Below are positions 1-10,431 of a stretch of DNA of 64,000 nt, in pieces (positions within the stretch are counted from its first letter, which is position 1; each line of letters opens with the position of its first letter). A program made the translations under genes and the position numbers. The DNA lies in assembly GCA_049517415.1 (NCBI GenBank), contig JBEKSC010000006.1:33018-97017 (forward strand), given 5' to 3'. The notes beneath the pieces were generated by a model that ran no database searches, had not been told where the DNA came from, and saw only the letters and a list, made by a program, of their open reading frames with translations. Source of the DNA: Candidatus Bathyarchaeia archaeon. GTDB taxonomy: Archaea; Thermoproteota; Bathyarchaeia; 40CM-2-53-6.

Positions 1-301
1 GGGCCTTTGGTTTACATGTGGTTTCGAAGAATTAGACCCGGGCCTTTGAATGTTGAGAAACCATCATGGATCTCTTGGTTTTTCGGAGCGGCTGGGCTTG
101 CTTAATGTCTCTGGCACGCTGGTTTTCTCATTTGCGCTGAGTTTGGGGTTAGCGTCACTTGTGGTCCCCATATCAAGTGCCTACCCGCTTGTCACCGTGA
201 CGGTAGCCATGCTATTGCTCGGTGAGAAATTGAATCGGCTTCAACTGACTGCTCTCGCCTGTGTGATAACGGGCCTACTCATGATCGCGTTTATTGGATG
301 A
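1..301 (+). CDS. EamA/DMT family transporter, 5'-truncated by the window and apparently frameshifted near 94-96
   Basis: C-terminal part (LASLVVPISSAYPLVTV..LLGEKL) is typical of EamA. That frame has a stop at 47-49, while frame 1 (1-102) is open and reads WISWFFGAAG. Confidence 0.7.
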
Positions 302-396
302 TCGTAATGGTGGGCTCGATTACTAACTTATCTCACCTTTGAGAGGTGTAGCGACACTATATGGATAGGGCTGTGCATGGAAGTATTGGTTGACTA

Positions 397-855
397 TTGA
401 TGATCGTTGAGGATGAAGTGAGTCGCGTCTTTGATTCTGGTTTGAACTGTGCGGAATCTCTGCTGCTCGTCGTAAGCAAGTATACAGGATTGGAGAAAGA
501 CAGTGCTCGATTTATCCCAAGAGTCGCTACGGGTTTTGGTGGAGGCATCGCAAGAAACGGTGACATGTGTGGAGCTCTTTCTGGTGCGGTGATGGCGATC
601 AGTCTGGCGCTGGGCCGAGACCGCCCAGATCAAAGCGGCGATCAATGCTATACAGCCATCGATCAATTCTACAATGATTTCGTGAAGGCCTTTGGGTCAT
701 CTAAGTGCCGTGAGCTTACTCATGTCGATTTCAAGACGCCCGAGGGAAATGCGATTTACCGTGAAAGGGTTCATCGTGAGCGTTGTACGCCTATCGTGGA
801 ATGGGCAGCCAAGACGGCAAGTAGAATTATCAAGGAAAAACAAACGACAAATTAG
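397..855 (+). CDS. C-GCAxxG-C-C family putative redox-active protein
   Basis: Motifs NCAES, GFGGG, CGALSG, then two further Cys. Confidence 0.85.
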   Translation: MMIVEDEVSRVFDSGLNCAESLLLVVSKYTGLEKDSARFIPRVATGFGGGIARNGDMCGALSGAVMAISLALGRDRPDQSGDQCYTAIDQFYNDFVKAFGSSKCRELTHVDFKTPEGNAIYRERVHRERCTPIVEWAAKTASRIIKEKQTTN

Positions 856-1085
856 ACCGGTAAGTTGCATCAAGATTACTCTGAAAAACTTTCACGAAGA
901 GGTTGAGCGGTTTTCAACCGAGAAGAAGCAATCTTCGGACTCTTAGGCGCGGTGGTTCATACCTTGAATTTAGGCGAAGCGACCTACTTTATCAACAGAG
1001 CGCAAGCAGTGTGGCTTATCCTTTCCACGACCATCTGCTTCATTTTCTAATAGTGCGAAATACCCGCGTTCGAACCCATGAACAT

Positions 1086-1913
1086 CTACTTCGCCTGCGG
1101 ATATGATCCTAAGACTTTGAGAAACGTGGTTGACTTCGCCAGTGCCTCAAGAGCTTCGCCACACTTGCCCTCTGAACGATGCCCTTCAAAATCCACGAAG
1201 AAGTGATATTCCCACGGAACGGTTCTGACGGGCCGTGACTCAATTCGCGTGAGGTTAATTTCTCTCGAAGCTAGTTCACCAAGGACTCTTTGAAGTGACC
1301 CTGGTGTATGTGGGGTTCCGAATACAACCGATGTCTTATCTTTGCCTGTCGCTGGCGCGTCTTTCGGACCTATTACAAAGAAACGCGTGAAATTCTCTGG
1401 AAGGTCTTCTATGTTACGCTGAAGAACCTTTAAGCCATAAATCCCAGCCGTACGTTCGCTCGCGATCGCCCCTGCTTCGCGGAGGTGCCTCTCCTTTATC
1501 ATTTTAGCACTCCCAGCTGTATCGTAGGCTGGTTCAGTCGCAATTTTTGATCGCTCAAGGAATTCTGCGCATTGAGCTAGCGCTTGCGGGTGAGAGTAGA
1601 CAACTTTCAGATCCTCCAGCTTTGTATCAGGCAGCGCAAGCAAGCAATGATTAATCCGTATCTTCACTTCGCCAGATATCTTCAGAGCCGTTTGAAGCAG
1701 CAGGTCATAAGTATCATTAACGCTTCCCTCTAACGAGTTCTCGGCAGGTACGATTCCATACTGAGCACGTCCATCTTCAACTGCCTCGAATACTTGGCGC
1801 AGTGTGAGACATGGTAGTTTTGCTGTCTTGGTTCCAAAATGGGTCGCGGCAGCTTCCTCACTGTAAGCGCCATGTTCGCCTTGGAAGGCAATAACGTGAA
1901 TCGTTTCCTTCAC
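1086..1913 (-). CDS. pheA: Prephenate dehydratase (PDT + ACT)
   Basis: AFQGEHGAYSE, ENSLEGSV, SHPQALAQC, NFTRF and ESRP motifs. Confidence 0.95.
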   Translation of the reverse strand: MKETIHVIAFQGEHGAYSEEAAATHFGTKTAKLPCLTLRQVFEAVEDGRAQYGIVPAENSLEGSVNDTYDLLLQTALKISGEVKIRINHCLLALPDTKLEDLKVVYSHPQALAQCAEFLERSKIATEPAYDTAGSAKMIKERHLREAGAIASERTAGIYGLKVLQRNIEDLPENFTRFFVIGPKDAPATGKDKTSVVFGTPHTPGSLQRVLGELASREINLTRIESRPVRTVPWEYHFFVDFEGHRSEGKCGEALEALAKSTTFLKVLGSYPQAK

Positions 1914-2493
1914 AATTGTACCCTCGACTAATTCACAGTAAATTGACCGCTCAACCAGTTAGAAAATCTCACTTTACTCAGGCGCAAGGATTTCTGGACT
2001 CTTGCTCAGAGCATTTGAGCATATATCCGATATATCAAGACACCTTAGTTCTTCTAAACCTCTAAACCAGACCAAGTGAGCCTAACCGCAAGAAACCCTA
2101 GCCACGGCTGAGATGCGCATCACATCCGCTTTCTCATCCTCTGTTATGGAAATCGCGACTGCTGGATTCGCGTATCACGTGTTGGTGAGAGATACATTCT
2201 TGAGTCAACAAGAAAGCCTGTGCGCCAGAGTTCCTCAGTTTCTCCAACTATCCGACAATTCCTAGCTAAAATGAAATTGGCAATGAGTGAAATGAGGTAT
2301 TCCTCAAGGCGCTCGTCATCGGGATTCGTCAAGATCAACGCGCCCTGAAACTAATCTCGTCTCGATACTCGTGCTGGGACATATGGATTCGAAGTTGATT
2401 GCAATAGTCCCACTAGCACACGTATCACAAATCGTAGAACTAAAATCGTTGCACGCATATCTCTACTGGAATAGGGTCACGGAGATATAGGGT

Positions 2494-2754
2494 GTGAGCA
2501 AAGTTTTACGAAACAGTGCTAGTGTTGTCAGGGCCTGTGTTTTGATTCGCGTCCGGCCAGGGCAGCACTATCAAGTGGCCAAGGAAATAGCTTCCTTCGA
2601 AGGCGTGAACAGCGCCTTTGCTGTTATGGGCGCGGCAGATGTCGTGGCAAGGATCCATGTGGAGGACATGAAGGCGCTTGCGGCTCTTGGAACTAGGATG
2701 GGGGACTTGGCGGATGTCGTAACAACTGAAACATTGGTTGCCGCGGAGGTCTGA
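2494..2754 (+). CDS. Stand-alone Lrp/AsnC ligand-binding domain protein
   Basis: ACVLIRV...GV..AFAVMG..DVVARI...TETLV pattern, no HTH. Confidence 0.8.
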   Translation: MSKVLRNSASVVRACVLIRVRPGQHYQVAKEIASFEGVNSAFAVMGAADVVARIHVEDMKALAALGTRMGDLADVVTTETLVAAEV

Positions 2755-2757
2755 TCT

Positions 2758-3036
2758 ATGGTCCATGCTGTGATGTTTATCAAGAGCGGGGGCAAAGTTC
2801 CAGACGCGGCTAGGCTCGCTGCGGAACTTAAGCGCATACCTTATGTCACGGAAGCATATGCGGTCTTCGGTAGATTCGATGTCGTCGCATTCTTCGAAGG
2901 CAAGGACGTCAGGGAACTCTTCACGTCAGTTTCTGAGGCCACCAAGCTTGAGGGGATAATGAGTTCGGAATCTGTCGTTGAGACCCAGGCGAATCAGGAA
3001 ACGCCCGACTATGGGAAGGGATCCTTCTTTGGCTGA
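2758..3036 (+). CDS. Stand-alone Lrp/AsnC ligand-binding domain protein
   Basis: EAYAVFGRFDVVA motif; tandem with the previous gene. Confidence 0.8.
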   Translation: MVHAVMFIKSGGKVPDAARLAAELKRIPYVTEAYAVFGRFDVVAFFEGKDVRELFTSVSEATKLEGIMSSESVVETQANQETPDYGKGSFFG

Positions 3037-3064
3037 TCTGCTTATTGATTTTGAAGCTGCGTCT

Positions 3065-4444
3065 CTATTTCTGTGAAACTAAATCAAAGAAGCGGATGTA
3101 GGATTCGATTCCACGATAATAGGTGGGCAGGTGCTGTTTCTCGTTAGGGGCGTGGATATTGTCGTCAGGTAGGCCGAATCCCAATAGAACTGAGTCAACG
3201 CCAAGTTTGGTTTTGACCATGTTCACCACGGGAACGCTACCTCCTTGGAGTTGAAAGAGCGGCCTAACTCCAAAAGTCGCTTGTAGGGCTGACGCAGCTG
3301 CTCGCATAGCTGGCGTGTTTCGATCAACAAGAACAGCCGGGGAGCTCGTGAGATTCTTGACCTCCCAGGTCACGGTTTGAGGCGCATTCTTGCGCAAATA
3401 CTCTTTCAACTGATTCTCCACAGCCCTATTGTCCTGTTCGGGAACAAGCCGCGTTGAAATCTTTGCCATGGCCTTTGCGGGCAAGACGGTCTTCGATCCC
3501 TCGCCAGTGAACCCGGAGAGGAGCCCGTTTACTTCGAGAGTAGGTCGGCCCCCAATCCGCTCAACAGTCGTGAATCCTTTCTCTCCGTACAGCAGCTTTG
3601 TCCCGGTCATCTCTTGCCAAGCTTGGTCGGAGATTGGTATGCGCGCCAATTCAGCGCGTTCTTCTGTTGAGAGAACACGGACCTTATCATAGAATCCAGG
3701 CAAAGTGATATGCCCATTTGCGTCGTGCATTCCTGCAATTAATTCACAGAGCACTTGCGCCGGGTTATGGACTGCTCCCCCAAAAACTCCTGAGTGCAGG
3801 TCACTCTTCGCCCCATAAACCCAGACCTCGAAGTATCCCAAGCCACGAAGCCCGTATACAAGGGAAGGCAAGTCAGCTCTTAGGATCTGTGAATCGCAGT
3901 TTAGGACAACATCACATTTCAGTTTGCTCTTGTACTTTTCCACAAATGGTTCGAGGTTTCGCGAACCAATCTCCTCTTCACCCTCGAAGAACATCTTCAC
4001 ATTGACCGGCAAGCCCCCTGATTTTAGCCATGCCTCCAAGGCCTTCAGAACTGCATGACCCTGTCCCTTCATATCAGAAGCCCCACGAGCGTAAATATTG
4101 TCTCCCCGCACCGAAGGTTCAAACGGAGGTGAAGCCCACTCGTTCAAAGGATCAACTGGCTGAACATCATAATGGCCGTACACTAAAACGGTGGGTTTGC
4201 CTGGAGCGTCAAGCCACTCACCGTAGACAACTGGATGTCCAGCGGTGGCAAGAATCTCAACTTTCTTGAAACCTATGCCGTTCAACTGATTTGCAAACCA
4301 TTCAGCGCAACGTTGAACGTCTTGCTTATGTTCGGAAAGTGTAGAGATACTCGGAATTGAGAGGTACTCTCTGAATTCCGCTAGATAACGATCGTGATCA
4401 CGTTTTGAGGATTCGATAACTTGCTGGACAGAGGTCATGGACAC
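3065..4444 (-). CDS. M20 family dipeptidase/acetylornithine deacetylase-like metallopeptidase
   Basis: YGHYDVQP, ARGASDMKG, EGEEEIGS, DLHSG and HAPNE motifs. Confidence 0.92.
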   Translation of the reverse strand: MSMTSVQQVIESSKRDHDRYLAEFREYLSIPSISTLSEHKQDVQRCAEWFANQLNGIGFKKVEILATAGHPVVYGEWLDAPGKPTVLVYGHYDVQPVDPLNEWASPPFEPSVRGDNIYARGASDMKGQGHAVLKALEAWLKSGGLPVNVKMFFEGEEEIGSRNLEPFVEKYKSKLKCDVVLNCDSQILRADLPSLVYGLRGLGYFEVWVYGAKSDLHSGVFGGAVHNPAQVLCELIAGMHDANGHITLPGFYDKVRVLSTEERAELARIPISDQAWQEMTGTKLLYGEKGFTTVERIGGRPTLEVNGLLSGFTGEGSKTVLPAKAMAKISTRLVPEQDNRAVENQLKEYLRKNAPQTVTWEVKNLTSSPAVLVDRNTPAMRAAASALQATFGVRPLFQLQGGSVPVVNMVKTKLGVDSVLLGFGLPDDNIHAPNEKQHLPTYYRGIESYIRFFDLVSQK

Positions 4445-4629
4445 TCACAGGTTAGATAGATTAAGTGATATTTCATCTTTGCATTCTAGGTTGAGGCCAA
4501 AGTAGCGGGCTGTCGCAAAGCAAAAATCCTTGAATCCTCCTCTCCGGGTTCTCAGACAATAATGACGTCTACCCGACGAGGCGGAACCTGTTAGGGTAAC
4601 TTGAGGAGGCGAAAACAATCTTACCATTC

Positions 4630-5232
4630 GTGCTTAGCTTGCCCAGGATGAAGTCCATTCCAAGAAGCGGGTGGATTACACACGGAATATCATTGCAGGA
4701 TGTTGAATCAGTTGCAGACCATTCATTTTCAACTTGTTCGCTCGCCCTCCTCATCTCAGATCTCGAAGCGCAGCGAGGAGAACATGTGAACATAGAGCGC
4801 GTGTTGCGATTAGCCCTTCTACATGATTTGTCCGAATCCTTAACCTTCGACATTAGCAAGGCGTACTTAGAATACTTAGGTCCGAGCGGCGCGGCTATCA
4901 AAAGGGATCTGGACCACTCAGCTTGGAGGCACATAGTCGACGGCTTGCAGAATCCTAAGCTCCATCAAAGCTATTCAGCCCTTCAGAAAGAATTCGAAGC
5001 GGAAAAAACTTTTGAATCTAGAATTGTCCACGCCGCCGACAAGTTGGACATACTCCTCCAGATAATTGAATACCACCGCAGAGGCTACCCAGAATACATG
5101 TTAGCGGACCTATGGAGTGGAACGGTCAAGAAGCTCCGTTCCTGTAGGATCCAGTCGGCCGTAAAGATTCAAAGGATCCTAATCCGCGAAGCCAGAAAGA
5201 AGCGCACTCGAAAATATCACGGTCTCAAATGA
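4630..5232 (+). CDS. HD-domain phosphohydrolase (YfbR/HDDC2-like 5'-deoxynucleotidase)
   Basis: PRSGW, ESVADHS, LLHDLSE and ADKLD motifs; true start uncertain. Confidence 0.88.
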   Translation: MLSLPRMKSIPRSGWITHGISLQDVESVADHSFSTCSLALLISDLEAQRGEHVNIERVLRLALLHDLSESLTFDISKAYLEYLGPSGAAIKRDLDHSAWRHIVDGLQNPKLHQSYSALQKEFEAEKTFESRIVHAADKLDILLQIIEYHRRGYPEYMLADLWSGTVKKLRSCRIQSAVKIQRILIREARKKRTRKYHGLK

Positions 5233-5656
5233 TGTGAATGTAGTTAATGGGTAGCTGCACCACGCCTACTCCGTTCTCGTATATCCAAATGCCAAACTCC
5301 CCAGAACTTGGTTCTGCAACTAGGGACAACGCGTAGGGCGAGAATTGGTAGAAGCCCATGTGAGTTTGGAGGTCCGTCTGTGAGAGAAAGAGGCCGTGAC
5401 CAGGATGAGAATGGTACCATCCCACAATGCGTCCCTCTATTTTTCCTTCAACGATATCGCTTGCGACCTGTGCAAGGCGCTGGGGCGGAAAAACGCAGGA
5501 AACTTCATTTGTTTCGTTCCCTCCGGCTATGATGTCATTGACCCAAAGCGAATCGTCCTCTAAGGCTCCCATTAGCAGGCCTATTCGCTCGAAGGGCCGG
5601 TTCACGTCGCGTGCAATTCGCTCGATTACACGGTTCGTTATGAATACCTTAAACAA
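5225..5656 (-). CDS. JAB/MPN+ (JAMM) metallo-isopeptidase
   Basis: E...IVGWYHSHPGHGLFLSQTD JAMM motif. Confidence 0.9.
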   Translation of the reverse strand: MFKVFITNRVIERIARDVNRPFERIGLLMGALEDDSLWVNDIIAGGNETNEVSCVFPPQRLAQVASDIVEGKIEGRIVGWYHSHPGHGLFLSQTDLQTHMGFYQFSPYALSLVAEPSSGEFGIWIYENGVGVVQLPINYIHII

Positions 5657-5878
5657 CTTTGGTCACGGAACTAAGGGCAACCTCGAGGGCGTCAAGATAA
5701 GATTTCAACCCTAAACTCCAAAGGATGCAGTCTTCCACGACGGCTTATTCACCATGAACCTGTCCATTAAAGACGCCTGTGTGCTGCTGACCTCTGTTCT
5801 AAACTGTGAACGGCTTGTTCAAAAGCGCGGCATTAATGCGAGGGTGCTCATCATGCAGCTGAGTCAGAAAAGCAGGAG

Positions 5879-6619
5879 GTGCAATGCATGAGTGAAATTG
5901 TGAGTAGAAGGCTCTACTATTTGGCCGCTGTCGCTATGGTCGCGATTGTCCTCATCAGTGCGATAGCCCTTGTTCGGCCTCCAACCGTTCAAACTATCGG
6001 TCAAAACGCGACTCCGAAGACGATTGAAGTTACTGGTACAGCAACCCTAAGTGCGCCGCCCGATGAGGCAATATTGGTTTTGGCCGTCCAAACACAAGCG
6101 ACATCTGCGACTCAAGCTGCTGCCGACAACGCGGCAACTATGGCAAATGTCTTCGCGGCCCTAACCAACCTGGGAATTGACAAGAACTCGATTGAAACAG
6201 TGTCATACACGTTGTCACCGGTTTACGATCAAACGACCTCCTCTAAGGTTGTCGGGTATACCGCACGGAATGCGATTCAAATCACGTTGAAAGACTTCAG
6301 TTTGGTCGGCAAAGTGCTGGACGCCGCTGTCTCTGCCGGAGCAAACGAAGTGCAGGGAATCATGTTTACCCTCTCGAGCACGGCACTAACAACACTTCAG
6401 GAACAGGCATTAGGACAAGCGCTTCAGGACGCAAATGGTCAAGCGCGAGCGATGGCTTCGAATCTAGGCGTCAGCATAGTCGGTCCAATATCAGTGTCGC
6501 CCGGCTACAGCTACCAACCAAACTCCTTAACCTTCAATGCCGCTTTACAACCAACACCGATACAACCAGGCACGTTACAAGTAACAGTCACAGTGCAAGT
6601 AACTTACCAATTCGCGTAA
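5879..6619 (+). CDS. SIMPL (DUF541) domain membrane-anchored protein
   Basis: N-terminal TM helix; IEVTGTA..PPDEA, GANEVQGI, ALQDA..QA..MA motifs. Confidence 0.88.
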   Translation: MQCMSEIVSRRLYYLAAVAMVAIVLISAIALVRPPTVQTIGQNATPKTIEVTGTATLSAPPDEAILVLAVQTQATSATQAAADNAATMANVFAALTNLGIDKNSIETVSYTLSPVYDQTTSSKVVGYTARNAIQITLKDFSLVGKVLDAAVSAGANEVQGIMFTLSSTALTTLQEQALGQALQDANGQARAMASNLGVSIVGPISVSPGYSYQPNSLTFNAALQPTPIQPGTLQVTVTVQVTYQFA

Positions 6620-6627
6620 GCCTAGAG

Positions 6628-7260
6628 CTAAAGGCCTAAGAAACGTGGCGTCACGTACGATTCAAAGTAGGCGGCGATGGCGAACAGAACTACCGACAAC
6701 AATGAGAGCAATAGCGTATCGCTAACTCCCTCCTTTAGAAGCGGCCGGTTCACGCTACGGCCGCTCAACTTTTCATATAACGACCGCGTAGTCGTAATGT
6801 GCCAGCGTGCAAGTCCAGCAAACTCCAGTATGAACGCCGGGATCTCGAAGACCCCATGAGGCGTTAAACCAGCGATCGTGTACATTGCACCTTTTGTGAT
6901 ATTAGTAAAAGAGATAACTGCACCTATCACGACAGCATTTGCAAGCAGTTCGTAACCCAAACTAAAGGCGCCGATGAAAGGGGCCCAAACCCATATTCTA
7001 AGAGGATTCCAGAAATGTCCGATGTTGTTTAGAAAAATCAAAAAGTAAAGGCCCTTCGTATAGGGTGGGGGTATTGCAACATAAGCCCTAGTCGAGCCGA
7101 CTAGATCTTCGAGGCCTTTCATTAGTTCCGGAGATGTCAAGAGAACGGCGTATGCAATTACCGCCGTCAGAATGATTATTGCGAAGAACGTTATCGCGAC
7201 CGCTGAGATCAAAAGCTTGTTTCGAACGAGGGCCCCGCGTATGGCTGCGGTAATTGACAT
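6628..7260 (-). CDS. Stage II sporulation protein M (SpoIIM/DUF95) family membrane protein
   Basis: IFLNN, PHGVFEIPA, AAYFESYVTP motifs; ATG at 7260 chosen. Confidence 0.85.
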   Translation of the reverse strand: MSITAAIRGALVRNKLLISAVAITFFAIIILTAVIAYAVLLTSPELMKGLEDLVGSTRAYVAIPPPYTKGLYFLIFLNNIGHFWNPLRIWVWAPFIGAFSLGYELLANAVVIGAVISFTNITKGAMYTIAGLTPHGVFEIPAFILEFAGLARWHITTTRSLYEKLSGRSVNRPLLKEGVSDTLLLSLLSVVLFAIAAYFESYVTPRFLGL

Positions 7261-7268
7261 TGAAGGCA

Positions 7269-8174
7269 CTAACTCGCTTGCTGCGTCCCGCAGTGAGGGC
7301 AGAACTTCGCGCTTTCCGGTACAGCCCCGCCACAAGTTACGCATTTTCTAGTTGGTGACTGAGGCCTCAGAAGGGCAAGAATCTGGTCTTCATATAGCGC
7401 TTGGTCTTGGAAATGTTGATTATAGTCTTTCAAAAGTGTGTAGAACCAATATATCCAAAAAAGCCCGCCCGTTATCGCGGTCAATATCATGAAAAGTAAC
7501 GGGTCTCTCTTGTGAGGCCTAGACGGAGGAAGGGTTGAAGGTACGATGCCTGCCTCGTTTAGGGCTCCGAGCAGGGTTGTTTGGTAGTTGGCCTGAAGTT
7601 CCTCGTGTCTGCGCAAGTCCTGGGTAAGGTTGAAGGCCACAATCAGGCCGACAACTGGTGTCACAAACAGGTACAGTACAGACCAAAGACCGGCAGGCCG
7701 ATCGCGCTCTTCTAATATTGATTCCTCCGACGATTGCCAGAGGCGGAAGGCATTTTCGTTCCCCGCTACGCTTGTCTTCGAAGTTAAGTATTTTTGAAGA
7801 GTCGAAAAGAGTCGTTGCTGTCTCCTGAAATGGCCGTTTCTTCTTTCAATCATGTAGTAGATAGCAAAAGCTCCAAACGCGAGTATGATGTAAAATGACA
7901 CAATTGCGAAACCGTATAGCGCAAGAATTTCGCTCGCAGCTGTAATGGCACCTTCAGGTTGCTGAAGGCTGCCAATTCTTGAGACAACCGAGACAAGGAT
8001 TCCGATGAATGAGACTGCAAGGCCAATCCCCATCAAAATCGGCAGTATGGGCACAACCATCCATAGGTAGCCCATCCTTCGGTCGGTCGAAGAACGCCTC
8101 CGTATCAATTCCTCTACCTGTTGAATCAGTAATTGGGGCTGTATTGGCGTCTTTATACCCCCAACCTTGACCAT
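7269..8174 (-). CDS. DUF4234-like membrane protein with C-terminal zinc ribbon
   Basis: ILTAITGGLFWIYWFY motif; C-terminal CxxC..CPxCG; ATG at 8174 chosen. Confidence 0.75.
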   Translation of the reverse strand: MVKVGGIKTPIQPQLLIQQVEELIRRRSSTDRRMGYLWMVVPILPILMGIGLAVSFIGILVSVVSRIGSLQQPEGAITAASEILALYGFAIVSFYIILAFGAFAIYYMIERRNGHFRRQQRLFSTLQKYLTSKTSVAGNENAFRLWQSSEESILEERDRPAGLWSVLYLFVTPVVGLIVAFNLTQDLRRHEELQANYQTTLLGALNEAGIVPSTLPPSRPHKRDPLLFMILTAITGGLFWIYWFYTLLKDYNQHFQDQALYEDQILALLRPQSPTRKCVTCGGAVPESAKFCPHCGTQQAS

Positions 8175-8217
8175 AATACCTCTAGGGATAATCTCATAAT
8201 GCTCATCGATAGTATTC

Positions 8218-8472
8218 TTGGTGAGGTTTAAGTCATTGCCAAAGGCTTTCGTCTTCATGAATATTGACGCTGGCTCAGAGAATGAGATTTTAAAAGACCT
8301 ACGTCAAGTTCCCGAGGTTAAAGAGTCCTATTTCGTATACGGCGTCTACGACATAGTGGCAAAGATTGAAACAGATACAATGGATCGCCTGAAAGAAGTC
8401 ATCACCTGGAAAGTCCGCAGGCTGGACAAGATTCGGTCCACCCTAACTACCATTGTCAGCGAAGGCAAATAG
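8218..8472 (+). CDS. Stand-alone Lrp/AsnC ligand-binding domain protein
   Basis: KAFVFMN..VYGVYDIVAKIE..IRSTLTTIV; start probably TTG near 8236. Confidence 0.88.
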   Translation: MVRFKSLPKAFVFMNIDAGSENEILKDLRQVPEVKESYFVYGVYDIVAKIETDTMDRLKEVITWKVRRLDKIRSTLTTIVSEGK

Positions 8473-8519
8473 TAATTCCGAGTTCCGCCTCGAACCGATT
8501 CTAGGCGGAGGGCTTAGAG

Positions 8520-9677
8520 TCAGCGGTAGGGGAGGAACTCTTTGCCAAGCAATTCGCGGGCGACAACGATTTTGTTAATGTCCGTCGTTCCGTCCCCGAT
8601 CATTGCTCCACGTATTTCTCTCAATCTGTATTCGTCCAGGCATTGAGTCGTGAAGCCGATTGCGCCTCGATTTTGAAGGCAGTCGTTTACGATTTCGAAG
8701 CATAGTTCCGGCACGTACCATTTGATCATAGCTGAGTACTTCGTTATCTTCTCACCTTTGTCTTTAGACCAAAGCGTCTTGTAACAGAGCAGCCTGGCGG
8801 CTTCGAGCCTCGTGTAACCTTCAACAATTCGGGATTGGACTGATTCATATTTCCCGATAGGTCGTCCAAAGGCTGTACGTTGCTTCACGTAATCGATATT
8901 TTCGTCTAGGGCCGCTTCGGCCATGCCAACGCACCATACTGCTATTAGCGATCGCATGAGGTCGAAAGTTTCCATCACGTAATAGAATCCTTTTCCTTCC
9001 TCCCCAATCAAGTTGGCAACTGGAATCGTCACGTCCTTCAACACGAAACCTCCGAAGGAGAACAACTTCCACCCAAGTGCATCGAGGTCATACCTTTCTA
9101 TTCCCGACCTGTCCATCTCAACGAAAAACATGCTAACGCCCTTTGCTCCACCCTCTGGGTCCGTCTTAGCGAGAACACAATACGCTCCACATTCGTTTAT
9201 GCCAGTGATGCATTGCTTCTCGCCATTAAGCACATAGTTATCCCCTTTCCGAATTGCACGCGTAGTAATGGAAGCAGCATCCGACCCCGCGGAGGGTTCC
9301 GTGTTCGCGATTCCAAGCAATCTTTCACCCTTCGCCATCGCCGGCAGCCACTCCCGTTTCAAGTTCTCCGGCCCATGCAACGATAGAATCTCCCCCATGA
9401 TATCGCCTAGCGGAATCTGCCATCCTGCACGCGCGATTTCCTCGACGAGAATTCCCATAGTGACTGCGTCAGCTTCCTGGCCGCCGAACTGCTTGGGGAA
9501 CCTCAAACCCAAGAGGCCATTCTGGCCCATTTTACGGTAGAGTTCCCAAGGGAATTCGCCCTTTCGTTCCGCGTCTCTAATTTTCGGTGCGACTTCCTTC
9601 TTGGCAAATTCTCGAACAGTTCTACGGAAAAGTTCCTGCTCTTCGCTAAAACCAAAATCGAGAGGCATTTCACTCAC
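8520..9677 (-). CDS. Acyl-CoA dehydrogenase
   Basis: TEPSAGSDA, LNGEK, RTAFGRPI and IGDGT motifs. Confidence 0.93.
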   Translation of the reverse strand: MSEMPLDFGFSEEQELFRRTVREFAKKEVAPKIRDAERKGEFPWELYRKMGQNGLLGLRFPKQFGGQEADAVTMGILVEEIARAGWQIPLGDIMGEILSLHGPENLKREWLPAMAKGERLLGIANTEPSAGSDAASITTRAIRKGDNYVLNGEKQCITGINECGAYCVLAKTDPEGGAKGVSMFFVEMDRSGIERYDLDALGWKLFSFGGFVLKDVTIPVANLIGEEGKGFYYVMETFDLMRSLIAVWCVGMAEAALDENIDYVKQRTAFGRPIGKYESVQSRIVEGYTRLEAARLLCYKTLWSKDKGEKITKYSAMIKWYVPELCFEIVNDCLQNRGAIGFTTQCLDEYRLREIRGAMIGDGTTDINKIVVARELLGKEFLPYR

Positions 9678-9906
9678 GGTTTTAGTTCCGGTTTACCATG
9701 CGTTGGGCTCTTAAGGTTGACTAGCAAACCAGTGAGCTCAAAGAGTTCACCTTCAGACGGCGCGAGGCCGTTCCCCTCGGTGGGGTCAACCGTTCACTAA
9801 CTTTTCAGACCGTCTTGTTCTTGAATCATGGACTTGAAAAGTATTAGCTTAATTGGTTAGTTACGGGGTAGATTTATAACGAAAGAGAACGTGTTCGTTC
9901 TCGCTC

Positions 9907-10314
9907 GTGCGAGAGGTCCGAATTTTGGACGAGCTTGAGCAAATACGCGAAAAGAAATTACGTGAGCTGGTTGGGCGGATGTCAACACCGAGCATAGACA
10001 AACCGATTGTTATCAGTGATAGGAACTTTGAGCAAACGGTCAAGAATTACCCTCTAATTGTAGTTGATTGCTGGGCGGCCTGGTGTGCTCCGTGCCGCGC
10101 AATCGCACCCGTGGTGGAGGAGCTTGCGAAGGAGTACAGCGGGAAGGTCGTGTTTGGAAAGCTGAATGTTGACGACAACCCAGAGACTGCTGAAAAGTTT
10201 GGCATTAGGGCGATACCCACACTGCTTGTGATGAAGAATGGCAGTGAAGTGGACCGCATAGTTGGCGTACTACCTAAGAACCAACTTGAAGCGCGGATAG
10301 GGTCAGTTGCTTAG
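9907..10314 (+). CDS. trxA: Thioredoxin
   Basis: WCAPC active site and IPT cis-Pro motif. Confidence 0.93.
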   Translation: MREVRILDELEQIREKKLRELVGRMSTPSIDKPIVISDRNFEQTVKNYPLIVVDCWAAWCAPCRAIAPVVEELAKEYSGKVVFGKLNVDDNPETAEKFGIRAIPTLLVMKNGSEVDRIVGVLPKNQLEARIGSVA

Positions 10315-10431
10315 AGTTAACTCAAAACGAAATCTGTTACAATTCGTTCCGCGCCACGCTCATTTGCTGGCGTGTCACCCAAAGCGCATCTTAAGAACAG
10401 CCATTCAAAGTAATACGTTAAGGTGGCTTAG

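Noticed and set aside
1914..2490. Long intergenic region with a 64-aa ORF
   Set aside because: No motif, repeat or RNA structure that I can support.
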